This document shows positions 30,122 to 42,686 of a stretch of 54,993 bases of DNA, in pieces. The position numbers were made by a program, and so were the translations under genes. Under the pieces are notes generated by a model. It worked only from the letters and a program-made list of their open reading frames with translations. It was not told the DNA's origin and made no database searches. Numbering within the stretch: the first letter of the stretch is position 1; every line of letters starts with the position of its first letter. The stretch comes from a virus (Duplodnaviria; Heunggongvirae; Uroviricota; Caudoviricetes): positions 1-54,993 of the IMG/VR virus record IMGVR_UViG_2923302340_000009; one strand, written 5' to 3'.

Positions 30122-30343
30122 TTAACTCGACTTATTTGATAGCAGGGCACTATTTATTGCGTCATTGAGTTTTTCTGCTGATTCATCAATAAGTGACAAC
30201 AGGCCATAAGCAATATTTGCATCTTCATTGTCATTTATGCAATCAAGCCACATATTTAATATTGCTTTTGCTGAATTATTTAAAGTTAATGAACTTTCTG
30301 CACATGCTAACAATTTAAAAAAGACTTCCCGTTCTGTATTCAT
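30122..30343 (-). CDS. hypothetical small protein
   Basis: 73-aa ORF in tightly packed three-gene array. Confidence 0.4.
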   Translation of the reverse strand: MNTEREVFFKLLACAESSLTLNNSAKAILNMWLDCINDNEDANIAYGLLSLIDESAEKLNDAINSALLSNKSS

Positions 30344-30535
30344 TTAATCCCCCACCAGCTTACTTTCTTCCTCAATCAAAAAACTAGCGACACTTCCCGA
30401 AAGACGCGCCAGTAGGCTCGCCAGTGCGGATATATCAGCATCTGTAATTTTGTTCGGGTATACCTCAAGAAGGCGGCAAATAATTTCTGTCTGGTGCGCA
30501 CGTTCAGCGGCTTCGTGTAATGTAATTTCCTGCAT
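30344..30535 (-). CDS. hypothetical small protein
   Basis: 63-aa ORF abutting neighbours. Confidence 0.4.
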   Translation of the reverse strand: MQEITLHEAAERAHQTEIICRLLEVYPNKITDADISALASLLARLSGSVASFLIEEESKLVGD

Positions 30536-30720
30536 TAATGCACCTCTTTTAATTCATACACTGCTGAAATAATGACTTGTGATAAGCCATATTCTGATGA
30601 TTCGCTTCTCACCGCAGCAATAGCCGTCTGAACATTAACAGCCTTCACATTCTGAGCGATACCAATTGTGTGGCCTATTGGGTTAACAGCTCGGGCAAAT
30701 ACACGGAAGGTTTTAAGCAT
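30535..30720 (-). CDS. hypothetical small protein
   Basis: 61-aa ORF with SD GGGAG; first gene of minus-strand array. Confidence 0.4.
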   Translation of the reverse strand: MLKTFRVFARAVNPIGHTIGIAQNVKAVNVQTAIAAVRSESSEYGLSQVIISAVYELKEVH

Positions 30721-31001
30721 GACTCACTCCCTGGCGGATTTTTGCAGCGAATACAGCAACACAACCGGACGGGCAACGGCTACGCGCTTCGCGTTCCGTC
30801 CAGGCGGTTACGTGGATGATTTGAGATTCTCCGGCACTCAGTGCCAGAAAACGCCACACAAAGGCCGTTTGTGTGTGTACAAGGTGTGGTATATGATTTA
30901 CAGCAACCATAACGGCTCCTAGTTTACGTTGTTGGTTAGACGCCCCGTATGTGTTCCCAGCACTGCGGGGCGTTGCTCTTTGTATTTCAACAATCCTTTC
31001 G

Positions 31002-31034
31002 GTGTGTTTCATGTTATGAGCGCATGAAACACAC
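31002..31034. promoter_or_regulatory. 12-bp perfect inverted repeat (gtgtgtttcatg N9 catgaaacacac) in divergent intergenic region; putative operator
   Basis: Lies between minus-strand small-gene array and plus-strand gene at 31101; half-site gaaacacac recurs at about 31071. Confidence 0.5.
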
Positions 31035-31100
31035 GTCAAGGCTTTTTGTATTTCTTTTTTTGTGTATACTGAAACACACCGATGATTAGGAGTTTCAGAA

Positions 31101-31406
31101 ATGGCAACGGCTAACAAAAACGCAAAATCACAACTGACAACTGTCAGAGTCCCACTAGATGTTATGCAAGGGATGGAATCCGTTAAGCTGGACGGTGAAA
31201 GCAATGCCGGATTTATCGTAACCGCCATGCGCGGAGAAATAGCCCGCCGCCAAGCAGAAGGCAGCGGAGAAAATCCCCTTGTGTCGTCACTGGATGCCCT
31301 GGCTAAGGTCGAACAAATCGGCATCAAAGCAGCCGAGGAGATCGGGCAACTCGTCACCGTCGCGCGTGAAGAACTCCAGCGACGCAAGGTCAAAGAGCAT
31401 GAATAG
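31101..31406 (+). CDS. hypothetical protein, candidate island regulator
   Basis: 101-aa ORF with SD AGGAG; divergent from small-gene array; downstream of operator-like repeats. Confidence 0.5.
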   Translation: MATANKNAKSQLTTVRVPLDVMQGMESVKLDGESNAGFIVTAMRGEIARRQAEGSGENPLVSSLDALAKVEQIGIKAAEEIGQLVTVAREELQRRKVKEHE

Positions 31407-31463
31407 CCAATATCAGCGCCATAGTTTGAGGAACGCAGGCGCATTGCTTTACAGGACAGCACC

Positions 31464-31643
31464 ATGAGCGACACAGAATCAACCAAAACACCATCACCAA
31501 CTCGTAAGAGACGACGCAAAAATATAGCGCATGAACATGAATCAGAAAGATTCGCACCTTGTTCGTTTGCTCTTGAGAAATTCCTTAAAGAGCACAGGAA
31601 AAAGCTCTCGTTGCAAACCTTGGAACGAACCAAATCTGACTGA
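31464..31643 (+). CDS. hypothetical small basic protein
   Basis: 59-aa ORF (not in track, below 60 aa) MSDTESTKTPSPTRKRRRKN...; followed by terminator. Confidence 0.3.
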   Translation: MSDTESTKTPSPTRKRRRKNIAHEHESERFAPCSFALEKFLKEHRKKLSLQTLERTKSD

Positions 31644-31709
31644 TCACATTGCCCACCAGCCGCAAATGTGGCATTGTTGGTGATGCTTTTGTTTTCCCTT
31701 GTTCCCACT

Positions 31710-31740
31710 GGCGACCCTTTTGCGGTCGCCTTTGTTTTGT
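31710..31740 (+). terminator. rho-independent terminator for plus-strand island genes
   Basis: ggcgacc-cttttgc-ggtcgcc hairpin followed by TTTGTTTTGT. Confidence 0.55.
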
Positions 31741-32318
31741 CACTGAATGCGGTTACCAAAGTAAAACTCAGGCTGATATTCACGTATCAGCGTTTTTTCT
31801 TCTTCCTCCAGCTCACGCTTTTTGCGCTTACATGCCTGTAGCTCCCTCCCCTTCTCGCTGGCACTTATTTGATATTGCTCTTTACGGCGGGAAAAATCCT
31901 GTAATGCACCCCACGGGATACCATAAGTCCCCGTTTTTCTGATACCTGGTATCACATTTCTGAATACCCAGTTACTGAAACGATGAGCAAATGTGCCAGG
32001 CGTCGTTGCTTTGCGGCTGCGGGCTATTAGTTTGTAGAAACCTGACTCAGAGATAATTCTCATATTCTGATTTCCTCCTGGGGTGTAAGTTAAATTTACT
32101 CCCTTTTCATCATCATCAAGCATCTGCAACGCCGTACGCGAATTGGTTAGTTCCAGCGCAGCACAAACATCTTTTGCAACAAACCACGGATCGCCGTTCA
32201 GATACACCACACGAACGTTCACACTATCAAAGCGCAGAACGACGAGATCACGAATATCGCAGAATTTTTTCACTGGACGAGCGTACCCCTTGCCCGTCAC
32301 GGCAATATTTTTATTCAT
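31740..32318 (-). CDS. BRO-N domain protein (antirepressor-like)
   Basis: N-terminal VVLRFDSVNVRVVYLNGDPWFVAKDVCAALEL resembles Bro-N/KilA-N family. Confidence 0.65.
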   Translation of the reverse strand: MNKNIAVTGKGYARPVKKFCDIRDLVVLRFDSVNVRVVYLNGDPWFVAKDVCAALELTNSRTALQMLDDDEKGVNLTYTPGGNQNMRIISESGFYKLIARSRKATTPGTFAHRFSNWVFRNVIPGIRKTGTYGIPWGALQDFSRRKEQYQISASEKGRELQACKRKKRELEEEEKTLIREYQPEFYFGNRIQ

Positions 32319-32334
32319 CGCGTTTTTACCTTAT

Positions 32335-32361
32335 AGACAAAAAACCCCTCGTGATGAGGGG
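32335..32361 (-). terminator. rho-independent terminator downstream of alpA
   Basis: On minus strand cccctcatcacgagggg followed by TTTTTTGTC. Confidence 0.55.
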
Positions 32362-32374
32362 CATTATTTACTGG

Positions 32375-32632
32375 TTATTGCTGTTTTGTTTTTCCAGGTT
32401 TCCATCCAGGATGCCACTCACCACGGATCCATGCCTGAACCTCTGAAAGTCGATACCCTGCAGCACGTTCACCGATCTTGATACGTCGCGGGAATTTACC
32501 TGCCTGCTCCATTTTCCAGCGTGTTGAGTTTGCCAGCGTGGTAAGTGCTATGCACTCTTTTTCACGAATGAACCGATCAATGTCCTTCATTGTGCGCAAA
32601 TCGTTTTCATCAACAAGAGAATAAATTGCCAT
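32375..32632 (-). CDS. alpA: AlpA-family transcriptional regulator/excisionase-like protein
   Basis: 85 aa; ...FPRRIKIGERAAGYRLSEVQAWI motif; immediately downstream of integrase. Confidence 0.75.
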   Translation of the reverse strand: MAIYSLVDENDLRTMKDIDRFIREKECIALTTLANSTRWKMEQAGKFPRRIKIGERAAGYRLSEVQAWIRGEWHPGWKPGKTKQQ

Positions 32633-32633
32633 A

Positions 32634-33875
32634 TCACACCACCTCTTTATTAAGCTCGATAACGTTGTTGTTAAATCCTGCTATCGTATTAAGGTAATTA
32701 ACCCACATATTAAGCACCTCAAGTTTTTTCTTTATATGCCTGCTTTTATTGTAAACACCAGCAACCCCTTTCACTTTATGACCTAAAAGAAGTTCGACAA
32801 TATAAGGATCCGCCCCCATATCATTAAGCGTAGTGGAAAATGTGCGCCTGAAATCATGTATGCACCACAAGCCATTAGTATCATGACCAAGACGCCTGCA
32901 TATTCTGTTTGCAGCCCCTGTTATTGTCGCCCTTTGCAAAGCACAACCGACAACATAACCGCGATTTTTTGTTTCTGCGTAAAGATTAACGATCCATTGT
33001 TTTATTCCGTCAGGAACAGGCCTTACTATAGCCTCCTTGTTTTTGCTGTGCTCTTTTGGGACTGTCCATACCCAGTTTTTTAAATCCCATTCGTCCCAGG
33101 TGGATAGCCTCGCCTCCTGCTGTCGGCAACCAAACACCAGGCAGATAACCATTATTCTTCGGTTATATATTGATGACAGAGTTAGCAAATTATTACCGTA
33201 AGCATAAGACCATACATCAGCGGTTTCATTGATATTAAGAACGCGATCCCTTATACCGGATGAGCGCCCGACATAACTTACGTTAATATCTCCAAAGGGA
33301 TCGCACGCGATGTATTGCCTGACGCGACAAAAACGCAACGCCTGTTTGATATCAAGAAAAATTGCACCAGACATAACAGGCGCATTTTTTTTGATCCTGT
33401 CAAAGACGGTAAGCCATGTGTGTAATTTGCACTGTTCTATAGCCATATCACCGATATAGGGGAAGATATGCTTTTCAAATCGTTTTATTAAATATTCATG
33501 CTCTTTTCTGGCTGTTGTGGCGTGATTGTCGTACCAGTAAAACAGCGCATCCCTTACGGTCACTGGTTGCATAGTTTTTTCGGCAGCAAGTTTTATTTGC
33601 CTGCGGGGGTCCAGATTTTCAGCCAGCCATTCACGGCACTGATCACGCATGCGCCTGGCCGTTGCAAGAGACATGTCAGGATAGCGACCAAGTGTAAGCC
33701 ATACCGGAGGGAATTCCCTGCCACCAAGACGATAGTAAAAAACAAAGCTGATCCCCCCAACCATGCTTACACGCACAGACAACCCGCGCCCATCCGCTAT
33801 TGTTTTTTGTTTGTCCTGCCGTTTTCCGACAAGACTCTTTAACAGTTTGTCACTGAGTTTGTTTTCAATAGCCAT
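32634..33875 (-). CDS. int: P4-type tyrosine integrase
   Basis: 413 aa; P4-like N-terminal arm-binding region and C-terminal HDFRRTF...LLGH...Y catalytic region; adjacent to island end. Confidence 0.85.
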   Translation of the reverse strand: MAIENKLSDKLLKSLVGKRQDKQKTIADGRGLSVRVSMVGGISFVFYYRLGGREFPPVWLTLGRYPDMSLATARRMRDQCREWLAENLDPRRQIKLAAEKTMQPVTVRDALFYWYDNHATTARKEHEYLIKRFEKHIFPYIGDMAIEQCKLHTWLTVFDRIKKNAPVMSGAIFLDIKQALRFCRVRQYIACDPFGDINVSYVGRSSGIRDRVLNINETADVWSYAYGNNLLTLSSIYNRRIMVICLVFGCRQQEARLSTWDEWDLKNWVWTVPKEHSKNKEAIVRPVPDGIKQWIVNLYAETKNRGYVVGCALQRATITGAANRICRRLGHDTNGLWCIHDFRRTFSTTLNDMGADPYIVELLLGHKVKGVAGVYNKSRHIKKKLEVLNMWVNYLNTIAGFNNNVIELNKEVV

Positions 33876-33893
33876 TAAAAGCCCTCAAGAGAT

Positions 33894-33947
33894 TTGCAAT
33901 ACACACCCATCCCGATCGCCAATTTGCAATACACATTGCAATACACA
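33894..33947. repeat. three direct copies of TTGCAATACACA next to integrase start (putative arm-type binding sites)
   Basis: Copies at about 33894, 33924, 33936; same motif at left island end. Confidence 0.55.
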
Positions 33948-34023
33948 AAACCGCGAAAAACTGGAAGGGTGATGAACGGTCATCAAAAGCATGGAAAACG
34001 ACATTCCAGACGCAGCAAGGGTT

Positions 34024-37004
<2,981 letters not shown>

Positions 37005-37030
<26 letters not shown>

Positions 37031-37550
37031 TCAGCAACCCCGGTATCAGTTCATCCAGCGCGGCTGCTTTGTTCATGGCTTTGATGATATCCCGTTTCAG
37101 GAAATCAACATGTCGGTTTTCCAGTTCCGGAAAACGCCGCTGCACCGACAGGGGGATCCCGTCGAGAATACTGGCAATTTCACCTGCGATCCGCGACAGC
37201 ACGAAAGTACAGAATGCAGTTTCCACCACTTCAGCGGAGTCTCTGGCATTTTTCAGCTCCTGTGCGTCGGCCTGCGCACGCGTAAGTCGATGGCGTTCGT
37301 ACTCAATAGTCCCTGGCTGGAGATCTGCCTCGCTGGCCTGTCGCAGTTCTTCAACCTCCCGGCGCAGCTTTTCGTTCTCAATTTCAGCATCCCTTTCGGC
37401 ATACCATTTTATGACGGCGGCAGAGTCATAAAGCACCTCATTACCCTTCCCACCGCCTCGCAGAACGGGCATTCCCTGCTCCTGCCAGTTCTGAATGGTA
37501 CGGATACTCGCGCCGAAAATGTCAGCCAGCTGCTTTTTGTTGACTTCCAT
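37005..37550 (-). CDS. nu1: terminase small subunit Nu1
   Basis: 181 aa, matches lambda Nu1 (MEVNKKQLADIFGASIRTIQNW...). Confidence 0.96.
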
Positions 37551-37699
37551 TGTTCATTCCACGGACAAAAACAGAGAAAGGAAACGACAGAGGCCAAAAA
37601 GCCCGTTTTCAGCACCTGTCGCTTCCTTTCTTTTCAGGGGGTATTTTAAATAAAAACATTAAGTTACGGCGAAGAAGAACGGAAACGCCTTAAACCGGA

Positions 37700-37760
37700 A
37701 AATTTTCATAAATAGCGAAAACCCGCGCGCCTTCCGCCCCGTAGCCTGCCGGATCGCCGG
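37700..37760 (-). other. prophage cos region with variant cosN (GGGCGGAAGGCG instead of GGGCGGCGACCT)
   Basis: Flanks match lambda cosQ and cosB sides; 12-nt cosN at about 37728..37739 differs from lambda at 5 positions as I recall it. Confidence 0.6.
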
Positions 37761-38174
37761 AAAGGACCCGCCAGCCATTCGGGTTTACTTCACAATGGGA
37801 TTTAATATCTGAACGACCAAAGTCGTGCGGCCACGGTCGCACAGACCTGAATACACGTCCTGTTTCTTCCACCCCCGCACAGGACTGGCGAGCATGAGGG
37901 ACAAACCCGCGAATCATAAACGCGGTAAAAACCCGGTGTGCATCGTTTTTGATTATTCCCGCACACTCGCGCAGAAGGAATTCCCCGTCGGGCTACGGTC
38001 ATGGTTAATGCGGGAATACGGCGACGATACAGCGCATAATGTGTCAGGCTTGAATACCTTTATCGAATCCCGGTAACGAATTCTCCTGACGTTCCAGTCA
38101 GGTGATGATATGCATGGTGAGATTCAGATATGAAAAAGCCCCGCTAAAAGCGAGGCCATAAATCACTTAATATC

Positions 38175-38600
38175 TTATTGAGGACGCTGGAGTAATCCGT
38201 GCTGAGCGAGAGTTAGAGCAATGTCATAAGACCCTTGCCTGTCTTTATAGCAAGTTTTATCAACTAGCTCAGCTTTGCTAATTCCGGGTAAATCAAGAAT
38301 CAGATTCGCAACTTCAATTGCCCTTTGGTACAACTTACCGATCTTTTTCTCCCCATGATGTGGTTTTACATTCTTCAGATAACCGCTATCCGCCAGAGCG
38401 AGAAACGTTGCCCTTGGGCATCCCTTCTTTCTTGCCGATTCGCTTTCTGTAACCTCAGCGACAGCAGCATCCCATGCATCACGCGGGGATATTGAATTAT
38501 CAGCAACCAAATAATAAGCAATTAAAGCGGCGCGCGCGTATTGAGACATAATGCATCCATATACAAAAATCTTATGATAAGACTTTTCTAATATGAACAC
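38175..38600 (-). CDS. hypothetical protein between Rz and cos (moron position)
   Basis: 141-aa ORF; likely starts at internal Met (MSQYARAAL...); no family recognised. Confidence 0.45.
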   Translation of the reverse strand: MFILEKSYHKIFVYGCIMSQYARAALIAYYLVADNSISPRDAWDAAVAEVTESESARKKGCPRATFLALADSGYLKNVKPHHGEKKIGKLYQRAIEVANLILDLPGISKAELVDKTCYKDRQGSYDIALTLAQHGLLQRPQ

Positions 38601-39031
38601 TGTGATCTCACATACTCTTGCAGGCCATTCAATTGGTTAGTTATGGTTTCGATGCGCTCTCTGAGAACGAAATAATCCCGTTGAGCGGTGTCAGTAAGTC
38701 TGGGGCTGGAAGCATCATCCACGCCGGAGGCGGCGGTGGTTTTATGCATGTCGGGACAGACTGCTTTGACGTGCAGCCACTTACGACCAGCAGAAACATC
38801 AGCACGAAGACTTTCGATAGTCGCGTTAGCATCAGCAAGCTCCTTTGTATATCTGGCATCGAGTTCAGCTACATTACGTTGACGTTTCTGCATGTCAGCG
38901 ATAATGGATGCGGCCTTATCGCGCTGTTCTTTGTAGGCGATGGCGTTATCACGGTAATGATTAACAGCCCATGACAGGCAGGCGATGATACAAATAACCA
39001 GAGCGGAGATAATCGCAGTTACTCTGCTCAT
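38588..39031 (-). CDS. Rz: i-spanin Rz
   Basis: 147 aa; N-terminal TM then coiled coil; lambda Rz-like. Confidence 0.88.
   Translation of the reverse strand: MSRVTAIISALVICIIACLSWAVNHYRDNAIAYKEQRDKAASIIADMQKRQRNVAELDARYTKELADANATIESLRADVSAGRKWLHVKAVCPDMHKTTAASGVDDASSPRLTDTAQRDYFVLRERIETITNQLNGLQEYVRSQCSY
38641..38832 (-). CDS. Rz1: o-spanin Rz1 (embedded in Rz, +1 frame)
   Basis: Lipobox VVSGC, proline-rich PPPPPAW, nested within Rz as in lambda. Confidence 0.8.
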   Translation of the reverse strand: MLTRLSKVFVLMFLLVVSGCTSKQSVPTCIKPPPPPAWMMLPAPDLLTPLNGIISFSESASKP

Positions 39032-39504
39032 ACCTCAATCTCACTGACCGTTCCGCCTGCTTCTTTGAATTTTGCAATCAGGCTGTCAACTTTATGCTCG
39101 AACTGACCATAACCAGCGCCCGGCAGTGAAGCCCAGATGTTGCTGCAACAGTCGATTGCCTGACGGATGTCACCGCGATCAATCATTAGTAAAGCACCAC
39201 GCTCCTTAATCTGCTGCAATGCAACAGCATCCTGGCTTTTAGGAGAGAAGTCTGTCAGCCCTAACTGCTTGCGGTAAGCATCCCACCAGCGTGAAAGAAG
39301 TTGATAACGGCCTGCGGCTGTTGATTTGAGTTTCGGGTTTAGCGTGACAAGTTTTCGAGGGTGATCGGAGTAATCAGTGAAGAGTTCGCCACCGACAATA
39401 ACGTCATAACCGCGGTTACGTGTCGGTTGTCGCCCGTTATCCGTTCCTTCTGACCACGCCAACATATCGAGGAAAGCTTTACGCTGAGGATTAAGATTTT
39501 GCAT
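39028..39504 (-). CDS. R: endolysin R (lytic transglycosylase)
   Basis: 158 aa, matches lambda R ([17 protein letters not shown]...). Confidence 0.93.
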   Translation of the reverse strand: MQNLNPQRKAFLDMLAWSEGTDNGRQPTRNRGYDVIVGGELFTDYSDHPRKLVTLNPKLKSTAAGRYQLLSRWWDAYRKQLGLTDFSPKSQDAVALQQIKERGALLMIDRGDIRQAIDCCSNIWASLPGAGYGQFEHKVDSLIAKFKEAGGTVSEIEV

Positions 39505-39808
39505 TTTTCACCCCTGTCAGTCGTTCCCAGAAGTACGTCAGTGCAACCGAGCCCATCGCACCACTAATCCCCGCTGTCGCGAGAATCATGTAAATACTGA
39601 ATCCACTTTCGATACTGATCAGGCCACCAATAACACCGGTGAATCCCGATACCACTATCTGAGCCAGAGCATTTATCCAGCTCCACGTTGCTTTACTTTG
39701 CTTCACATCTATCAGATAGCGGACCAGACCGCCCCAACCTGCGATGATCAGCAAAACGAGCCAGAACGCTCCGGCAAGGCTCTCTTTTTCGTGCATATGA
39801 ATAGCCAA
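39491..39808 (-). CDS. holin (non-lambda type)
   Basis: 105 aa with predicted TM segments directly upstream of R; not lambda S; apparent non-ATG start. Confidence 0.7.
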   Translation of the reverse strand: MAIHMHEKESLAGAFWLVLLIIAGWGGLVRYLIDVKQSKATWSWINALAQIVVSGFTGVIGGLISIESGFSIYMILATAGISGAMGSVALTYFWERLTGVKNAKS

Positions 39809-40025
39809 TGTTTCGCCGCCGACGAAAGGCCGGGACGCTAATGATTAAAAACTTACATGGGAAATATTGTTATAAACAGTCAACTCAAAAATAACTAAAA
39901 AATCTTATAACTACGCGAATGGCCTTCAAAAGCCGATCCGTGCAACTTGCATAAAACGATCTTTATCAATGAGTTACATGTGTGGTTAAATACCATGCTT
40001 TAAGGACTAAGAGCATTACCAGCAG

Positions 40026-40829
40026 ATGACAGAAAAAGATAACATTGGTAAGTTAATTTGGCATATTGCTTGCGATGAATCTGGCATTGATGGGCAACGT
40101 TTCTACGGCTTTGGCAGTCTGTGGATGAAGTACCAACGCCGTGGGGATTTCTGTCAACTAATCAGAGAACTACGCAGCAAACATGGTTTTTTTGAAGAAA
40201 TAAAATGGCAAAAAGCCCATTCAAAAAGATACTCTGAATTTTATCTTGAGCTGATCGACTTATTCTTTAGAGTTCCTTGGCTAGCTTTTCATTGTATCGT
40301 GGTTGAAAAATCAATAGTAAACAAGGCATTTCATAATGGGGATTATGACCTGGCAAGGAGAAAGCACTTCACAAATCTCATTACCACAAAAATTAGCTCT
40401 GTAATTTCTGCACACCCTGAAAGAGACAGTTACTTCAGGATTGAAGTTGATCCTATCGCATCTCGTTATAAAAAGGCCGATGAAGAACTAAATGTTATTG
40501 CCAATAACATATTGAATAGAAAATTTGGTCGTAAAGGGATAATCAGCAGTGTAGTGACAAAAGACTCTAAAGCATCTGAAAACATTCAGCTAGCCGATTT
40601 TTTCTTAGGTGCGGTTATGTGCGCATATCAAGGAAAAGCTTCATCTGAAGCCAAAATAAGAGTATCAAACTATGTTGCTTCATATTTAGGCTGGGATCAT
40701 TTGCAATATGATACATGGCACACTGAGAGAAAATTTAATATCTGGTATTTTTATGATAAAACTCGAGGGCCACGAGATATAGAAACTCAAAATGTTAGCT
40801 TAAAGTATCCACTTCCCCAAAAGAAATAG
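40026..40829 (+). CDS. DUF3800-like protein (moron between Q and lysis genes, opposite strand)
   Basis: N-terminal DESG motif (IACDESGIDG) and C-terminal QLAD motif (IQLADFFLGAV) characteristic of DUF3800 as I recall it. Confidence 0.6.
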   Translation: MTEKDNIGKLIWHIACDESGIDGQRFYGFGSLWMKYQRRGDFCQLIRELRSKHGFFEEIKWQKAHSKRYSEFYLELIDLFFRVPWLAFHCIVVEKSIVNKAFHNGDYDLARRKHFTNLITTKISSVISAHPERDSYFRIEVDPIASRYKKADEELNVIANNILNRKFGRKGIISSVVTKDSKASENIQLADFFLGAVMCAYQGKASSEAKIRVSNYVASYLGWDHLQYDTWHTERKFNIWYFYDKTRGPRDIETQNVSLKYPLPQKK

Positions 40830-41050
40830 ACGTCGACCTCTCAGCCGACACGGTTGGAGTCCCAGACCAATTATCGAGTCGAAGTTACCAACTTGGCGGT
40901 TATCTTTTGGGAGCCGCCCCTTCATTCCCAAAACCTTTATTGCAGAAAAATCTATATCCTGGAAATTGGATAGTCAACCCTTACGACACCTACGAACAGT
41001 TGCACATACAACATTGGCAAAATATCAGATTTACACGGAATATATGCCTT

Positions 41051-41740
41051 TCAATCCAGTTTTGCAATACTTTGCTGTGAAAATGTCGTCTTTTGTTTTG
41101 AACGTGTTCTCGTTACAAGCAATAAAGCTTCGCTATCAAGCTGTAGAAAAATGTGCTTCATTGCAACCCAGCGTTCAGTAAATGTCTCAGACCAGTTTTT
41201 TGATGTCACTCCCACCAGTGATGCCAGCTCCTGGTATTCATAGGTCTTACGCCCTGCCAGCTCATTCTTCACATCCTGTGCCGCCAGCCAGATCAACTTC
41301 TTCAAACGTTCCAGTGTCTTACCTGCAATTTTCCTGGTACCCAACAGAGTCTTAAACTCGCTCCATACCCACTGCGTTATGGTGACCTGATGTTCCCAGC
41401 GAACACTTTCGCTGTAACTCCACAGCAACCACGCTTTCTGATGTTCTTCGAGAGACAGAACCGCGCGGCGCCATGAAGATGTTGAGAACTCAACCTGGCT
41501 GACCAGTGCAATGGATGAACCTTTTGCGTACGACTGCTTACCGGAAATCGGCGGATTATCCAGCGTAATCATCTTGCCCGTTACCTCATCCAGAATGCGC
41601 GGCTTCTTTCGTTTATATGTACCAGTATCAAATTGTGCATGCTCCAGCCAGGCTTCAAGCTGGCCTTTCGTTGCTCCGCTCAAATCAGCAGTAGCCACAA
41701 TGAGTTGCTCGCGGACATACTGTAAATATTGGGTATTCAT
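41051..41740 (-). CDS. putative late-gene antiterminator Q-like protein
   Basis: 229 aa at the Q position between rusA and lysis cassette; start at internal ATG with SD AAGGAG; assignment by synteny. Confidence 0.55.
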   Translation of the reverse strand: MNTQYLQYVREQLIVATADLSGATKGQLEAWLEHAQFDTGTYKRKKPRILDEVTGKMITLDNPPISGKQSYAKGSSIALVSQVEFSTSSWRRAVLSLEEHQKAWLLWSYSESVRWEHQVTITQWVWSEFKTLLGTRKIAGKTLERLKKLIWLAAQDVKNELAGRKTYEYQELASLVGVTSKNWSETFTERWVAMKHIFLQLDSEALLLVTRTRSKQKTTFSQQSIAKLD

Positions 41741-41873
41741 GCGGCAGCTCCTTTCAGTGTTTTGGCGTAATTCTTCAGTATTCGGTAATCGGTCAAAACA
41801 GAACCGGGGAAACGATATAAGCGCAGACGCCACCAGCGGTGGCGAAGAAGTTCTGCCATATAAAACTCAAACA

Positions 41874-42236
41874 TCATTCATTCCCCATTTCGGTGATGGT
41901 CAGTTCCAGCCTCCCACCTTTGGTAACAGGCATCTTCACAACGCGGTAATCAACGACCTGAGCATCATCCAGCCAGAAACCTGCTTTGGTGAGTGCGTCA
42001 AAAGCGGCTTTTTGCAGATTATCCAGGTCACGGCGACGGCGATCCGGCATGTGGCACTCAATACGGATTTTCACTGGCATAGCCAAGCCGATATCCAGCA
42101 TTGCGTTTTTAATGATTCGGGCGACGTTATCACGGTATGCCTGCCCTTCTGCGCTGATGTGCGTGCGCCCGCGATTATGCCTGTAGTAGCGGTTATTGCT
42201 CGGCGGCCAGGGTAGTGTGATGTGGTAAGTATTCAC
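41874..42236 (-). CDS. rusA: Holliday junction resolvase RusA
   Basis: Matches E. coli RusA ([25 protein letters not shown]...), GTG start. Confidence 0.9.
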   Translation of the reverse strand: MNTYHITLPWPPSNNRYYRHNRGRTHISAEGQAYRDNVARIIKNAMLDIGLAMPVKIRIECHMPDRRRRDLDNLQKAAFDALTKAGFWLDDAQVVDYRVVKMPVTKGGRLELTITEMGNE

Positions 42237-42523
42237 GCCTTGATTACCCCCTCTTTCAGCCAGATAACCTGCGTTCTCGCCATACCTTCCAGCGCGCATT
42301 CTTTTGCGTACTCAGCATCGACAAAATGCGTGCGGCGGTCGATTTCGTCGTGACAGGCAGAACAGGCAATGGTGGCAATAAGGTCTGGCGGTTTGATACC
42401 GGTACCGCACAATCCAGCCAGCCGGATATGTGCCAGTACTGACGTTTCAGGATTGCCATTACATACGCCAGGGATTCTTACCTGGCATTCCCGACCACGC
42501 GCTGCTTTTCTCAAATCAGCCAT
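42233..42523 (-). CDS. ybcO: YbcO-like nin-region protein (DUF1364, Cys-rich)
   Basis: Matches DLP12 YbcO from [23 protein letters not shown]. Confidence 0.8.
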   Translation of the reverse strand: MADLRKAARGRECQVRIPGVCNGNPETSVLAHIRLAGLCGTGIKPPDLIATIACSACHDEIDRRTHFVDAEYAKECALEGMARTQVIWLKEGVIKA

Positions 42524-42686
42524 GATTCCTCCTTGCTGCCAGTCGCAACCATTTTTTATCAACCAGGCTGGCGGTATACCCGAGCAGTGTTGGTATTTCG
42601 GATGGCTTCAGCTCAGGTTTACGCTTACGACGATTTGGTACTTTGTAGATGTGTCCGTTCATGACACGAATAAGCGGTGTAGCCAT
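42516..42686 (-). CDS. ninE: NinE
   Basis: 56-aa [40 protein letters not shown]... (not in track); overlaps ybcN stop and ybcO start. Confidence 0.7.
   Translation of the reverse strand: MATPLIRVMNGHIYKVPNRRKRKPELKPSEIPTLLGYTASLVDKKWLRLAARRNHG

Noticed and set aside
30713-31783. 356-aa minus-strand ORF spanning the island regulatory region
   Set aside because: Ser/Cys/Ala-rich low-complexity translation with no start context; it overlaps two plus-strand ORFs that have good RBSs and a terminator, and the operator-like intergenic repeats. Most likely an antisense artefact.
39491-39808. Assigning the holin as lambda S
   Set aside because: The sequence does not match lambda S (no MKMPEKHDLLAAI N-terminus), so it is left as a generic holin. 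Its first codon is apparently non-ATG, and my line-based count of the start was inconsistent by 1 nt, so track coordinates are used.
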